A stretch of 64,000 nt of DNA from contig OZ024741.1 of the NCBI GenBank assembly GCA_964016885.1, positions 291,834,001-291,898,000 of the forward strand. Reading direction: 5' to 3'. Positions 47,357 to 64,000 of this stretch are shown here, piece after piece. Each line of letters starts with the position of its first letter. The stretch's first letter is position 1. The notes beneath the pieces were generated by a model that was not told the origin of the DNA, did no database searches, and worked only from the letters and a program-made list of their open reading frames with translations. The stretch is from Eledone cirrhosa. Taxonomy: Eukaryota. The translations under genes and the position numbers were made by a program.

Positions 47357-47488
47357 AACCAAATAAATATATATATATTTTTAAAAAAATAACACTCCAG
47401 TTGCATTTTCGATTTTATCTCTTTTTCTTTATACTTTCACTCGTGTAGCACACCTCGGTTATTTTTCATTTTGTAAAAAAAACCTCAC

Positions 47489-47547
<59 letters not shown>

Positions 47548-47548
<1 letters not shown>

Positions 47549-47800
47549 GAAAAATTTGAACAGGGACAAAACAGAGAGGCAGTACAGTAAATGTTTATTA
47601 ATTTCACGCTCAGGAGAGTGGGGGGGGGGTAGGGGGGGGGGACGTTTCGGGCATAAGCCCTTCCCCAGGTGAGAAGTGTGTGGGAACAGAGTTCAAAAGG
47701 TGTTTGGTGTGTAGGGGAGTGGTGGAGAGACATATAGCGAAAGGAAACGGTGCAAATGAAAAAATAACAAATAAAGATAAAAAATAAAAATAAAGCATGA
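47548..47800 (-). mobile_element. solo pLTR-like element with mutated HHR (47638-47672)
   Basis: CTGGGGA-AGGGC-TTAT-GCCC-GAAACGTC; homologous to 56303-56550. Confidence 0.65.
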
Positions 47801-47801
47801 T

Positions 47802-47858
<57 letters not shown>

Positions 47859-49112
47859 ATCGTAGATCAAAGTGTATTTATATATAACGATATTTCACAT
47901 TTCTCCAATTTACAGGGAAATATGTTATATGACATGTTTATAAAAAATATAAGAACATTTATATGTATGCATACATATACCCACATTTAGGTAGTCTTGG
48001 TTACCCCTACTCTGTATATATAGAGATATAAATTTTAGCATGTCCACTTCAGAATACTACTGTAATTGAGAGACTATATAAGACACTCGGTTAGCTATTT
48101 TCTTGTAATTGTTTACGGATCACAACACTTAGTAAGCTCTCCTCTCTACTATGTCTAGGTTAAATGACTACGGATGACTGCATACAGTAAACCACACCTT
48201 TCACTGTGTCTGAGGGTTATGGACCAGAACAGCAGACATAGTTTCAAGCAAAATAATCAACAACACTCTGAATATCTGGACATATATTTATAAATTATTC
48301 AATTAATTTACTTATTTATTCTATTTAAAACAACCTGGTGGAAGTACCTAGTACTTCTTATAATTGCGAAACAAGATATATAGAGTGATGTGAATATAAA
48401 ACAAGTTAATTTAAATTTAAAATAATCTAAAATGAAATAGAATAAGAAATTTAAATAAGGAAGGGCAACCGGAAGCAAAATACGCGCAGGTCATGAATAG
48501 TCGCCCGCCGCTCTGCGTATCCATTTTTTCAGACACCCGCCTCCCGATTTTATTCTAACCCACCCGCTTATTAAATTTGCTAATCTATCTCCGGCGAAAT
48601 TTTATTGTAAGTGATGCATATTGATACATCAGCTGAGAATCTAATAATATTATTTTACATAAAAAAAAAAATTATAAATGACAGAAAAAAGAGCATTACA
48701 AGAAATCCCATATTTACGAACGTACTCTATACAAATACTGATTTCCCAAACCTCCCGTTTATCCCACCCTCCGCTTATTCCATCCCACCCTATTTTTAGG
48801 ACCCGAGAGAAACCATAAAAAAAAGATAAAGATGAAATGGGAAGCAAAGGAGGCTGTGTAGTTTTCAAGAGATTGACGATTTGGCAATATAAGTTCCTCT
48901 AAGCACTGTACACAAGGGGAAGGGTGGTGGCACTCTGACTTATTATGTACAAAGATACCGGATTCTATAGCTGTAGATGTGGCAGCTTTGCTTGAAGAAA
49001 CGGACTCTAGACAAATATTAGATATTTACTACACTTTCATCTGATTGAGCCCTTTTCTATGTATACAAAATTGTTTATGCATTCACACATATATGCACTC
49101 ATATATATATAC

Positions 49113-49158
<46 letters not shown>

Positions 49159-49161
49159 GTG

Positions 49162-49203
<42 letters not shown>

Positions 49204-49312
49204 TGTATATATATATATATGTATATATATATAAATATATATATATATATACACACACACACATATACATACATATATATGTGTGTGTGTGTGTGTGTGT
49301 ATCTATATATAC

Positions 49313-49418
<106 letters not shown>

Positions 49419-49582
49419 ATGTATGTATAAATATATATATATGTATAAATATATATACATATATGTATAGGAAAATGTATGACCCCGGCGGCAGAGCTCA
49501 AGCCGTTTCGACGGCTATTTCTGGACTATTGAGTACTCTGGTGCGTTATGGTCCATCTGGTTCCTTACCACACCTCCTTCGT

Positions 49583-49661
<79 letters not shown>

Positions 49662-49789
49662 ATCAATATATATATAGATGCTATAATTGTGTATTGATGT
49701 ACATTTACTTATTCGCAACACCATTCTAAGGTTCTGTGAGATTTTACTTCTGCGCCGCCACTACAACCACAACAATCACCTTAACCTAA

Positions 49790-51300
49790 ACTTCCACCAC
49801 CACCACCACCACCACCACCACCACCACCACCACCACCACTACCAACAACAACAACAACAACAACAGCACCACTACCGCCACCACCAACAACAACACCACC
49901 ACCACCAACACCACCACCACCACCATCAACACCACCACCACCACCACCACCACTACTACAATAACAACAACAATCATCACGTCAAAGCAAGACCCCTACA
50001 ACCGCCCAACCATCACCATCAGCAGTAGCAACATCAAAAGAAATATTGATTCATCATCGATCTGCCGATACACACAGACACACACACACACACAAATATC
50101 CATACACACGTGCAAATACATATATATGTATATATATATCCACACACATACACATATACACACACGCACATACATGCACCGTCATATTCAGACATCTACA
50201 CATCCATACAGAAGCCCAAATACACAGACACCCTCACGTATCCACACATTCACAGACAGATGCATACATATGTACACATACATACATCCATAAACACACA
50301 CCTATTTACATAGCCACAGACACACACACACATTTACAGACACACACACACACACATATACACAGCCATACACACGCACACATACATATGTACACATCCA
50401 TACATCCATTAACACATACGTATTTACTTAGCCACAGACACATACACACATTTACAGACACACACACACACATATACACAGCCATACACATGCACACATA
50501 CATACATCCATAAACACACATATTTACATAACCACATACACACACACACATTTGCAGACACATACACACATATACACAGCCATACACACGCACACATACA
50601 TATGTACACATCCATACATCCATAAACACATACATATTTACATAGCCACATACACATACACACATTTACAGACACACACACATATATATGCACAGCCATA
50701 CACCCGCACACATGCATATGTTTACTTCCATACACACGCACACATACATATGTACACTTCCATACATCCATAAACACACACATATTTACATAGCCACAGA
50801 CACACACACACATTTACAGACACACACACACACATATATACACAGGCATACACCCGCACACATACTTATGTACACATCCATACATCCCTAACCACACATA
50901 TTTATATAGCCACAGACACACACACATTTACAGACACACACACACACATATATATATATACACAGCCATACACCCGCACACATGCATATGTTTACTTCCA
51001 TACACACGCACACATACACATGTAAACTTCCATTCACACACACACATACACATGTATGCAGCTATAAAGATACGCACATATACATACATACACATACATA
51101 TATAAACATGGAACTCATAAAACACACACAAACACATCTACACATCCACAGATACACTCACGCATGTGCGTTACACATAGACATGTACATAACCACAGCC
51201 ACAGACACACATAGATGCACATGTGTATATTCACAGATACACACACACACACACACATATATCCATATAAAAACACACCATACACATATATACACACATA
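49790..51300. repeat. (CAC)n then CA-rich higher-order repeats
   Basis: Directly visible. Confidence 0.9.
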
Positions 51301-51351
51301 GATCCACCAGTGATATCTAAATTAATCTCATCCTTTTAAAACTGGAAACTC

Positions 51352-52820
<1,469 letters not shown>

Positions 52821-52948
52821 CTTCACTGATGCATTCACTTGCATTGTTGCAGCTAGTGACTTGCATCTATGCAGCTTGAGTGCACACACTCCCCTCCATC
52901 CCCTACAACTTCCCACCTCTCACCTCTTTCAGTCTGTCTGTATATGCA

Positions 52949-53015
<67 letters not shown>

Positions 53016-53034
53016 CTGTGTGTGTGTGTACGTG

Positions 53035-53645
53035 TGTCTGTGTATCAGTGTGTATGTGTGTGTGTGTATGTGTGCATGTATCTCAACGTGCGTATGCCGT
53101 CATGTGTGTGCTTATATGTCTGTACATATGTGCAAGTGTGTGTACATGTCTGTGTATCAGTGTGTCTGTGTATCAGTGTGTGTGTGTCTGTGCATTAGTG
53201 TGTATATATGTGCGTGTGCATGTATCTCAACGTGCGTATGCGGTCATGTGTGTGCTTATATGTCTGTACATATGTGCAAGTATGTGTATATGTCTGTGTA
53301 TCAGTGTGTCTGTGTATCAGTGTGTGTGTGTCTGTGCATTAGTGTGTATATGTGTGTGTGTGCATGTATCTCAACGTGCGTATGCCGTCATGTGTGTGCT
53401 TATATGTCTGTACATATGTGCAAGTATGTGTATATGTCTGTGTATCAGTGTGTCTGTGTATCAGTGTGTGTGTGTCTGTGCATTAGTGTGTATATGTGTG
53501 TGTGTGCATGTATCTCAACGTGCGTATGCGGTCATGTGTGTGCTTATATGTCTGTACATATGTGCAAGTATGTGTATATGTCTGTGTATCAGTGTGTCTG
53601 TGTATCAGTGTGTGTGTGTCTGTGCATTAGTGTGTATATGTGTGT
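53035..53645. repeat. 144-bp TG-derived tandem repeat, ~4 units
   Basis: TCTCAACG at 53081, 53225, 53369 and 53513. Confidence 0.9.
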
Positions 53646-53689
53646 GTGGTGTCTATGTGAGGATATGCACTCTTTTATTGGTGGTATGT

Positions 53690-54750
53690 GATGTAATGGT
53701 GTTTGTGGCGGTGGTGGTGATAGTGGTGGTTGTTGTAGTAGTGGTTGTAGTACTGGTTGTAGTAGTAGTGGGGGTTGTTGTAGTGGTGATAGTGGTGGTG
53801 ATAGTGGTTATAGTTGTGGTTGTAGTAGTAGTGGTGGTGATAGTGGTGATAGTGATGGTTGTTATAGTTGTTGTTGTAGTGGTTGTAGTAGTAGTGGTGG
53901 TGATAGTGGTGATAGTGATGGTTGTTATAGTTGTTGTTGTAGTGGTTGTAGTAGTAGTGGTGGTGATAGTGGTGATAGTGATGGTTGTTATAGTTGTTGT
54001 TGTAGTGGTTGTAGAAGTAGTGGTGGTGATAGGGGCGGCTGTTGTAGTTGTTGTTCTGGGGGTTGTAGTAGTAGTGGTAGTGATAGTGGTGGTGCTTGTA
54101 GTAGAAGTTGTAGTAGTGGTGGTAATAGTGGTGATAGTGGTTGTTGTTGTAGTTGTTATAGTAGTGGTTGTGATAGTGGTGATAGTGATGGTTGTTGTAG
54201 TTGTTGTAGTAGTGGTGGTGATAGTGGTGATAGTGATGGTTGTTGTAGTTGTTGTAGTAGTGGTGGTGATAGTGGTTGTTGTTGTAGTTGATGTTGTAGT
54301 AGTGGTTGTAGTAGTAGGGGTGGTGATAGTGGTGCTAGTGATGGTTGTTGTAGTTGTTGTTGTAGTGGCTGTAGTAGTAGTGGTGGTGGTGATAGTGGTG
54401 ATAGTGTTGGTTGTTGTAGTAGTGGTGGTGATAGTGGTGATAGTGGTGATAGTGGTGGTTGTTGTAGTTGTTGTAGTACTGGTTGTAATAGTAGTGGTGG
54501 TGGTGATAGTGGTGATAGTGATGATTGTTGTAGTTGTTGTTGTAGTAGTGGTGATGATGGTGGTTGTTGTTGTAGTTGATGTTGTAGTAGTGGTTGTAAT
54601 AGTAGTGGTGGCGATAGTGGTGATAGTGGTGGCTGCTGTAGTAGAAATTGTAGTAGTGGTGATGGTTGTGATAGTGGTAGTTGTTGTTGATGGTGGTACT
54701 TGTAGTAGTAGAAGAGTGGTGATGTTGGTGCTAGAGTGGGGGTAGTATTG
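53690..54750. repeat. (GTA/GTG/GTT)n low-complexity tract
   Basis: Directly visible. Confidence 0.95.
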
Positions 54751-55708
54751 GAGGTGGTAGTATTACTGGTGATGTAATTATGTCGGTCATAGTATCGGTT
54801 GTAGTAGTGTTGGTGGTGCTGATGTTACTATATCTAGCAATGCAAATGGCCGTATGAAGCATTTGATATTGACTTGAGGTGTTAGGTACAGTTGGGAGGT
54901 AGTGGTGTATTGGCAGTGGTGGGGACATTTGCACATTTGTGCATGTGTGTGCATGTGTGTGTTGGAGGAAATTGCTGCTGCTGTGGCTAGAGATGCACAT
55001 TTGTCGGAGGAGGGGTGGGTGGGGGTGGATTCGCACGTGCATATCCATATTTGTATTTTTATGTATTATGTGCATGCCTGGAGTTGTACATATGTATGTG
55101 TGCACATGTAACATGTATGCATGTGTGTGTGTAAAGGAAGATGTAATTATGAGTTGTGTACTCGTACGTATGTTTGTGTGTGAGAGTCCAATATTATTCA
55201 TTGATGTGTGTATGTGTGTATGTGTGTGTGAGGGAGAGTGTGTGTGTGTGTATATGTGTGAGTGTGTGTGTATGTGCGAGTGTGTGTGTGTGTGCGTATG
55301 TGTGAGTGTGTGTGTGTGGGGGTGTGAGTGGGTGTGTGTGTATGTGTGTATGTGTGTGTGTGTATGTGTGTATATGTGTGTGGGTGTGGGTGTGTGGGTG
55401 AGTGTGTGTGTGTATGTGTGAGTTCGGTGTGTGTGTGTGTGTGTGTGACTGGGTGTGTGTGTGTGCGCGTGTGAGCATGTGCAACAGTGTATGCACATGT
55501 ATGTGTTTGCGTATATATGCATATTTGAGTAGATGTTTTCCATGGTGTATATATATATATATATTGATTGGTGTATACACATATTGACACATGCACATGT
55601 GCAAATACACATAGTACAGTACATATACTCATTGGTGTATATGTACGCACCAAAACTGCACATGTGTATATGTATATGTGCTTGGATCTGTATATATACA
55701 CGTATATA

Positions 55709-55770
<62 letters not shown>

Positions 55771-55771
55771 C

Positions 55772-55904
<133 letters not shown>

Positions 55905-55924
55905 CATATACGTATATATATATC

Positions 55925-55992
<68 letters not shown>

Positions 55993-56024
55993 AGATCAAA
56001 AGATGGTTAAAGGAGTTCCATATA

Positions 56025-56091
56025 TTTTATTATGCGCATTTCAAAAACAAACATCATCATGCAATAATATTTGTGTTTTCATCAGATAAAA
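56025..56091 (-). ncRNA. HHR, third copy of the 40314 family (element ~55986-56119)
   Basis: Near-identical to 40086-40220; embedded in (TA)n. Confidence 0.8.
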
Positions 56092-56128
56092 CAGGAGAAC
56101 ATGATATGAAGGCTAAAAATATATATAC

Positions 56129-56191
<63 letters not shown>

Positions 56192-56198
56192 CATATAC

Positions 56199-56307
<109 letters not shown>

Positions 56308-56391
56308 AAAATTGAACGGGAACAAAACAGAGAGGCAGTACGAACAAAGGTTTATTAGTTTCACGCTCTTCAGAGTGTGGTGGTGGTGGGG

Positions 56392-56425
56392 AACAACGTT
56401 TCGGGCATAAGCCCTTCTTCAGGCG
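56392..56425 (-). ncRNA. minimal HHR in solo pLTR-like element 56303-56550
   Basis: CTGAAGA-AGGGC-TTAT-GCCC-GAAAC-GTT. Confidence 0.75.
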
Positions 56426-56560
56426 AAAAGTGTATGGGAAGAGAGTTCCAAGGGTGGTTAGAGGAGTGGGGAAGAGACATTTAGAAAAAAGGGGTGAGAG
56501 GAAACCGTACAAATGAAATTAAATATAAAAACATAATAAAAATAAAAATAATGTATGTAT

Positions 56561-56598
<38 letters not shown>

Positions 56599-56758
56599 GT
56601 ATATATGTATATACAAAAATATACGTAGATAGACATATATTTGAACATACATATATACGTACATACATACATATATATGGGTGTGTGTGTGAGTGTATAT
56701 GTATAACCCATGCTAACGTGGAAGATGGACGTTAAACGATGATGATACATACACACAC

Positions 56759-56789
<31 letters not shown>

Positions 56790-57236
56790 CGTGTGTTTGT
56801 GTGCGTATGTATGTTGTGTTGTGTGTGTGTACATCAAATCAAGTGTACATGCACCCTTATATGCACATTTGTGCATCGCTATAACTGGAGCAGCAGAACC
56901 TCGGGGCAAGTAGCAGCAGCTAGTGATGGTGGCGACGGCGGCGGTGGTGGCGGTGGCGATGGTGGTTGTGGTGGTGTTGGTGGGATTGTGATATTGGCAA
57001 TAACATTACTCATGATAGCAAAGATGAGAATGGTGAAGATAACAGTGATAACAACAATGATGATGATGATGATGATGATGATGGTGTAAATAACAATGGT
57101 TTGTGATTTGGGCACAAGGCCAGCAATTTGAAGGGGAAGTCGATTAAATCTACCGCCATACGTTACTGGTGCTTTAGTTTATCAACCCGGTAAGGTTGAA
57201 AGGCAAAGTTAACCTTGGTGGGTTTGGACTAATAAC

Positions 57237-58272
57237 CCAGCACCACCAGCACCACCAGCACCACCAGCACCACCAGCACCAACGCCACCACGAGTACCAC
57301 CAGCACCTACACCACCACCTACACCACCAGCACCAACATCAGCAGCACCACCACCCCCTACACCAGCACCAGCATCAACACCAGGCACTAGCACCAACAC
57401 CAGGCACTAGCACCAACATCAGAACCACCACCAACACCACCACCAGCACCACCGCCACCACCACCAGCGTCAACACCAGCACCACCAACACCAGCACCAG
57501 TACCAACACTACCACCACCACCACCAACACCACCACCAGCACCACCGCCAGCACCACCAACACCAGCATCAACACCAGCACCACCAACACCAGCACCAGT
57601 ACCAACACTACCACCACCACCAACACCACCACCAGCACCACCGCCAGCACCACCAACACCAGCATCAACACCAGCACCACCAACACCAGCACCAGTACCA
57701 ACACTACCACCAGCATCAACACCAGCACCACCAACACCAACACCAGTACCAACACTACCACCACCACCACCAACACCACCACCAGCACCACCGCCAGCAC
57801 CACCAACACCAGCATCAACACCAGCACCACCAACACCAGCACCAGTACCAACACTACCACCACCACCACCAACACCACCAGCACCACCGCCAGCACCACC
57901 AACACCAGCATCAACACCAGCACCACCAACACCAGCACCAGTACCAACACTACCACCAGCATCAACACCAGCACCACCAACACCAGCACCAACACCAACA
58001 CCACCACCACCACCACCAACAGACCACCACCATCATCACCGCTGCCGCCATCATTATCATCACTAGCACCACACACCAGCACCTGCATCACCATAACTAC
58101 GGCCATCGTCATTTTCATTACGCCCATCATCCCCATTACCATCATCATCACCACCAACACCACCACTACAACCATCGCCATCATCACCATCATCAGCGTC
58201 ACCACCACCATCACATTCACTACCACCATCACAAGCACCACCATGACCATCATCATCAACCCGACCTCCAAC

Positions 58273-58306
<34 letters not shown>

Positions 58307-59145
58307 TCACTAGCCAGACAACCACCATCACCATCACCATCACATCCAGCACATTACTATCACCGCCATCACCATCATCATCAGCCCGACCATTACCACC
58401 ACCGCCATTACCATCATCACCACCATAACCACCATCACCACCATAACCACCATCACCACCACCACCATCACCACCATCACCATCATTATCACCGGCACCA
58501 TCACCACCACCGTCATTACCACCATCACCATCACCGCCGCCGTCATCATCATCATCATCAACACCACCAGCACCGCCGCCATTACCACCATCACCATCAC
58601 CGCCGCCGTCACCACCATCCCCACCACCACCACCATGACCACCATCACCGGCATCATCAGGCCGACCACCACCTTCATCATCCCCACCACCACCACCACC
58701 ATGACTACACCACCATTACCACCATCATCATCATAACCATCACCATCACCATGACTACCACCACCATTACCACCATCATCATCATAACCATCACCACCAT
58801 CATTACCACCATCATCATCATAACCATCACCATGACTACCACCACCATTACCACCATCATCATCATAACCATCACCATCACCATGACTACCACCACCATT
58901 ACCACCATCATCATCATAACCATCACCACCACCATGACTACCACCACCATTACCACCATCATCATCATAACCATCACCACCACCATTACCACCATCATCA
59001 TCATAACCATCACCACCACCATTACCACCATCATCATCATAACCATCACCACCACAATTACCACCACCATCATCATAACCATCACCATCACCATGACTAC
59101 CACCACCATTACCACCATCATCATCATAACCATCACCATCACAAC
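57237..59145. repeat. (ACC/AAC/AGC/ATC)n arrays with higher-order units
   Basis: Directly visible. Confidence 0.95.
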
Positions 59146-59576
59146 GTACTTATCTAACCGTGAAAATACAAGTGCTAAAAGTCCCAGTCAACACAGAGCT
59201 ACGAGTATCTTGTCAGAACAAGTATAAGTTACTACGTTACTTCTCTGTTTCTAGTCAGTTCGGCTTGATGGGTGTGTGTGTATGTGCATGTGTGTATGTG
59301 CATTTGTGTGTGCGTGTGTGAGTGTGCGGATGTGTGAGTGTGTGTGCACGTGTGCATGTGTGTGTGTGGGTGGGTGTGTGAGTGTAAGCAAGTGTGTCTA
59401 CATAATAGATGATTCTCTTTGTTAGTCTCAATCTTTGACTAAAATCTGTAAAATGATATAACAATAAAATGTGTGTATAAATCCGCATACACCCACAAAC
59501 ACACTCAAAAACATATACACACACACACACACACACATATATATGTATGTATATATATATATATATATAATATTAT

Positions 59577-59640
<64 letters not shown>

Positions 59641-59644
<4 letters not shown>

Positions 59645-59848
59645 CGAAGGAAATATGGTAAGGAACCAGATGGACCATAACGCACCAAAGTACTCAATAC
59701 TTAGGGTAGTAGAGTGGGTAATAGGAACGAGTAGTATCGTAACGGCTGAGCTCAAGCCGTTTCGACGGCTAATTCTGGACTAAATCAGAATTAGTTCAGA
59801 ATTAGCCGTCGAAACGGCTTGAGCTCAGCCGTCGGGGTCCTACTCGTT

Positions 59849-59904
<56 letters not shown>

Positions 59905-59977
59905 TATATAGGAACGAGTAGGACCCCGACGGCTGAGCTCAAGCCGTTTCGACGGCTAATTCTGGACTAATTCTGAT
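59641..59977. repeat. short hairpin-rich repeat in alternating orientations (also 49470-49585)
   Basis: CGGCTGAGCTCAAGCCGTTTCGACGGCT units in +,-,+ order. Confidence 0.8.
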
Positions 59978-60005
59978 ATATATATATATATAATATTATT
60001 GATAT

Positions 60006-60168
60006 GGTGGATTGGCAGTATCAGTAGAGGGTCGGACATGCTTTACAGCAAAGAGTTACGGCCCTTTATGGTTAACTTTGCCTTTCATCCTTACGGGGTC
60101 GATAAAATAAAGTACCAGTAATGCACTGGGTAATTGCTGGCCTTGTGCCAAAAGTAGAAACAATTATT
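60006..60168 (+). mobile_element. SINE family A (B-box region deleted)
   Basis: A box, core and 3' end. Confidence 0.8.
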
Positions 60169-60189
60169 GATATATATGTATATATAATA

Positions 60190-60382
60190 TTGATTATTTG
60201 GGAGCCCCTACATGGACACACGAGAAGAGGAAGACCAAGGTTAACGTATGTTGATGCCCTAAGGACAGACACTGGTCTATTGGAGACGCAGGACATGGCA
60301 GCGATAATGAGGTACAGAGACCGCTGGAGAGAACTCGTCCATGGATCTCGGGAATTTTACCCGCCTTAGAATAGAATAGAAT
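60190..60382 (+). mobile_element. RTE/RTEX LINE 3' end with (TAGAA)n tail
   Basis: IIWEPLHGHTRRGRPRLTYVDALRTDTG...MRYRDRWRELV. Confidence 0.8.
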
Positions 60383-60488
60383 ATATATAATATATATAAT
60401 ATATATATTTATATATAATATATATATATATATTTATATATATTTATATATATATATTTATATATATATAATATATATACTATATATT

Positions 60489-60523
<35 letters not shown>

Positions 60524-61170
60524 CTTATGAATATATATATATATAATGCATATGTGCGAACGTATGTATCTAAGTGTACGGTGCATGTGATCTGTTCACG
60601 TTGTATAGCTAGACTGACTTTGTCTTACAACATAATCAATACAACTTTATAACGTGACTTCACATATATTCACGATATTCAGTGCAGTCTATATATCGTA
60701 TCTCTCACACTTCTATATCACACATTTTTCCGCCTATCACATTCCAACATTTCACGTTACGCATTGACTGCACAAGACAAAGCAAAAATTGCAAAAAATT
60801 GTTTTATTTCGAGGTAGTGTATAATCTATATTATAATAAGATATGTCTGTCTGTCAATCCAACCATCACGGTCTCTCTCTATATATATAGAAGGAAATAC
60901 TACCCCGCCTCTCACTCACTCCACCTCCCTCTCTAACTAACTAACTAAAACGTAACGTGCGAACGGATGAAAAGAACACGGAGTTTATCTTTTGGTTTGT
61001 ATATGTGTATGTTTCTGTGTGTGAGTGTGTGTGTGTGTGTGTGTTTTGAGACATGATCAGAACCAAACAGAAAGCAGTGGAGGTCAATCAGGGAGAGCTT
61101 CTCCTAATACGACTGACTTGGTTTGGATTGGATTGGGTATATACACACAGACACATACATAACACTCCCC

Positions 61171-61254
<84 letters not shown>

Positions 61255-61807
61255 GCGTGTGCGTGTGTGTGTGTGTCTATGTTATATATGTATCACATAA
61301 CGGTGTCATTTCAGGGACGTGAATAGGCCCGCGAATCTACTCTCAACTTAGAATTGACAATGAAATGGAGAAAAGGCGAGTTACTGACACCCTAAAACCT
61401 GTTGCTTCAGGTAGATAGAACTTTTTCTATTCATATTTATGACAGCCCACCTATGCAGCGCTTTGACTTAGAAATTTCTTTGGTTGGTGTGTCACAACAC
61501 AAAAGAAAATACCCTAGGACTGAAGAGCCGTGGGCTGTTGTTATGACATTCTTCTAAGAGAGGGAAACTCTGAAGTGAAATCTGCCATTTACAGGATTAC
61601 TTGTCATCTTGCTGAGACCTGTCACCAAATACCAATCATTGCGACTAAGAGACTGGTACGCGTTTTGCACAAGAGTTTGTCACTATAATCTAATGATGTT
61701 CAGATATCTCCTTTACAATCTTCTCATCTGTCATTCACTCTGGTGACATACTTGTTTTTCCGTCTACAAACAAGAACTCCAAACACTTGGCATTGATGGA
61801 TTGGCAA

Positions 61808-61994
61808 GGCGGTCGATTGGCAGTATCGGTTGAGGATGGGACGCCATGCTTTACAGTATAGATTTACGTCCCTTTACGGCCTGAGTTGAAATCCCGCCGA
61901 TGTTACCTTTGCCTTTCATCCTTACGGGGTCGATAAAAGAAATTACTAGTAATGTACTGGGATAATTGCTGGCCTTGTGCCAAAAGTAGAAACA
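61808..61994 (+). mobile_element. SINE family A
   Basis: A/B boxes and core. Confidence 0.85.
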
Positions 61995-62279
61995 CTTACT
62001 TATAGACAACAGATATATCACTGTGGCTGTTGGGGTACCACACATGTCTGCAGAAATGAAATACCGCCACTTCCGCGGTGTCATCATCCCGGAAGGTGTC
62101 GTATAGGCGGGTACAGATGCGGTTCGTTAACAATTATATTGGGTGCGTTTTGTATTGACATTTTGTCGCGTGGCAGGGTATTAGTCTTACCATGCTGGTG
62201 TGTCTTTTGTAAGGACCGAGAAATACTGACGGTGATGGAGTTGAAGGATCTGTGAAGATGAAGCAATTGCTATGTATGT

Positions 62280-62683
62280 ATGACCCCTTAGCCTTTGTCA
62301 AGGCAGAATTCTAGCAGAAGGAAAACTCTGATATAACACCTGCAACCCTGATGCTATTCAATGATGTTGACTTGTTCTTCTTTTTGGTAAATATCATCTT
62401 GGTTAAGAGAGTGGGACTGGCTTTGTGCAGTGCCTTTGCTCACTATAAAAGCTTCACGGCACAGGCATTGCTTTATATCTGGAGATCTCTCTGCACTTGT
62501 CGTCACATGGTACCATGGGCCCAGCACTATGTGTCAATAATTGTCACAAGTGTAGTGTTTGTACCAGAGTTTTCAAGACTCTGGCTGGACTAAAAAGTCA
62601 CACTCGTTCAGCGCATTGGTAGGGGTTCTCCTACATGGATATAAAGTAGTGGCCGTACTCGAAAACGAGTTGGCAGCCACCAT
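62280..62683 (+). mobile_element. second, 5'-truncated copy of the bipartite RTE-like element
   Basis: Colinear with 29228-29630. Confidence 0.65.
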
Positions 62684-62774
62684 ATATATATATGTATGTA
62701 CGTATGTATATATACATGCGTATAAAAGTACCAGTCCAGTACTGCGGTCAATTTTTTCTCCATGTATCTGTCTC

Positions 62775-62852
<78 letters not shown>

Positions 62853-63180
62853 TACTCACTCACTCTCTTTCCTTCTCTGGAAGAAGTAAGTAACAGCTAA
62901 TCCAATATAACTTGATGTTATGCGACTTAGATTTCAGTCATCCAATCTCTTCGAGAATAACACACGAATTGAATTTAACTAGATTTGCGAGACACAACCC
63001 TTTCTTTCTCTCTCTCTCCAAGAAATGCACTGAACTAGAGATTGGTCCATTGTATCCAACGACGCTATTTTTCATAAATTGAGTTATTGTTTACTGTGGA
63101 ATATATGATATGCATATCTTCACAAGGACATATAATGCTTTGGATGAAAGAGAGCAAAGAAGTTCAGCCTATATATATAT

Positions 63181-63250
<70 letters not shown>

Positions 63251-63289
63251 ACACACATACATATATATATATGTATATATGTGTGTGTC

Positions 63290-63361
<72 letters not shown>

Positions 63362-63362
63362 C

Positions 63363-63397
<35 letters not shown>

Positions 63398-63892
63398 CGT
63401 GTGTGTGTGTTCAAAATAGAGGATCCACAGGACTAACTATTCACATCCTGCATTGAAATAGAAGAGCGAAATGTATAAATATTCTAGATTTACGAACAAT
63501 AAAAAATAAACCGAAAGAAAATACTCTTCTATTCTTATCAACACACTGTCTGAGAAATATTCAAATTTATAATCAGATTTATAGGAATCTACACATTTTG
63601 TATAGCGATAACAAATGTAAAAAAAAACCTTTGAGACTCAACAAACTACAAAGAGCAATCGACATCTAAAGCATTTGAAAAAAATACTCACAAGTGCCAA
63701 AATTCGCGAACGGATTTCCAATCTAAGAGTAACAAAATGTAGACGACCTAATTGCAAAATGTGTGGTTATGTATTCGATGACTCGGGATTCAAGTTTGAA
63801 GATGGACAAACATATTCATCGACGTTTTAACCTACTGCGGTTGTGGAACAAATTACATCGGAATAACTGACAATATTCTACACGCTTTAGTG

Positions 63893-64000
63893 AAGGCGCG
63901 TGGCTGAGGGGTTAAATAATTGAATTCGCAATCGTGAGGCTGTGAGCTCAATTCCCGGACTGGGCGATGCGTTATGACCTTGAGCAAGACACTTTATTTC
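63893..64000 (+). mobile_element. SINE family B, runs off window
   Basis: GGCGCGTGGCTGAGGGGTT...CAATTCCCGGACTGGGCGATGCGTT...CTTGAGCAAGACACTT. Confidence 0.8.

Noticed and set aside
48520-48810. Possible pogo/Tigger-like terminus
   Set aside because: No partner TIR found.
52880-54745. 621-aa Cys/Val ORF and 420-aa poly-Val ORF (51317-52579)
   Set aside because: Stop-free only because of repeat composition; no domain.
57196-58428. 410-aa mucin-like Thr/Ser/Asn ORF
   Set aside because: Starts inside an antisense SINE; trinucleotide repeat; open on both strands; no signal peptide or splice evidence.

Overview
AT-rich, microsatellite-saturated eukaryotic non-genic DNA. The SINE families suggest an octopod cephalopod (inference from recalled repeat consensus). 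There is a 200-N assembly gap at 9888-10087 and no recognisable host gene; almost all long ORFs are microsatellite translations. Recognisable coding remnants are all transposon-derived: Tx1/L1-type LINE, Penelope-like RT+GIY-YIG, Helitron helicase, hAT, R4/Dong LINE, DD37D (maT) mariner and RTE pieces. Main unexplained signal: about 20 minimal hammerhead-ribozyme (HHR) motifs, read by eye, from roughly a dozen unrelated small non-coding repeat families. These sit in or next to (TA)n tracts and occur as head-to-tail tandems, circularly permuted copies and fold-back palindromes. Some carry the compensatory U3-A8 core. This fits a diverse population of Penelope-dependent retrozyme-like (possibly circular-RNA) elements beside a young Penelope copy with the same architecture. 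Coordinates were counted by hand and element edges are approximate; no ribozyme activity is shown by sequence alone.
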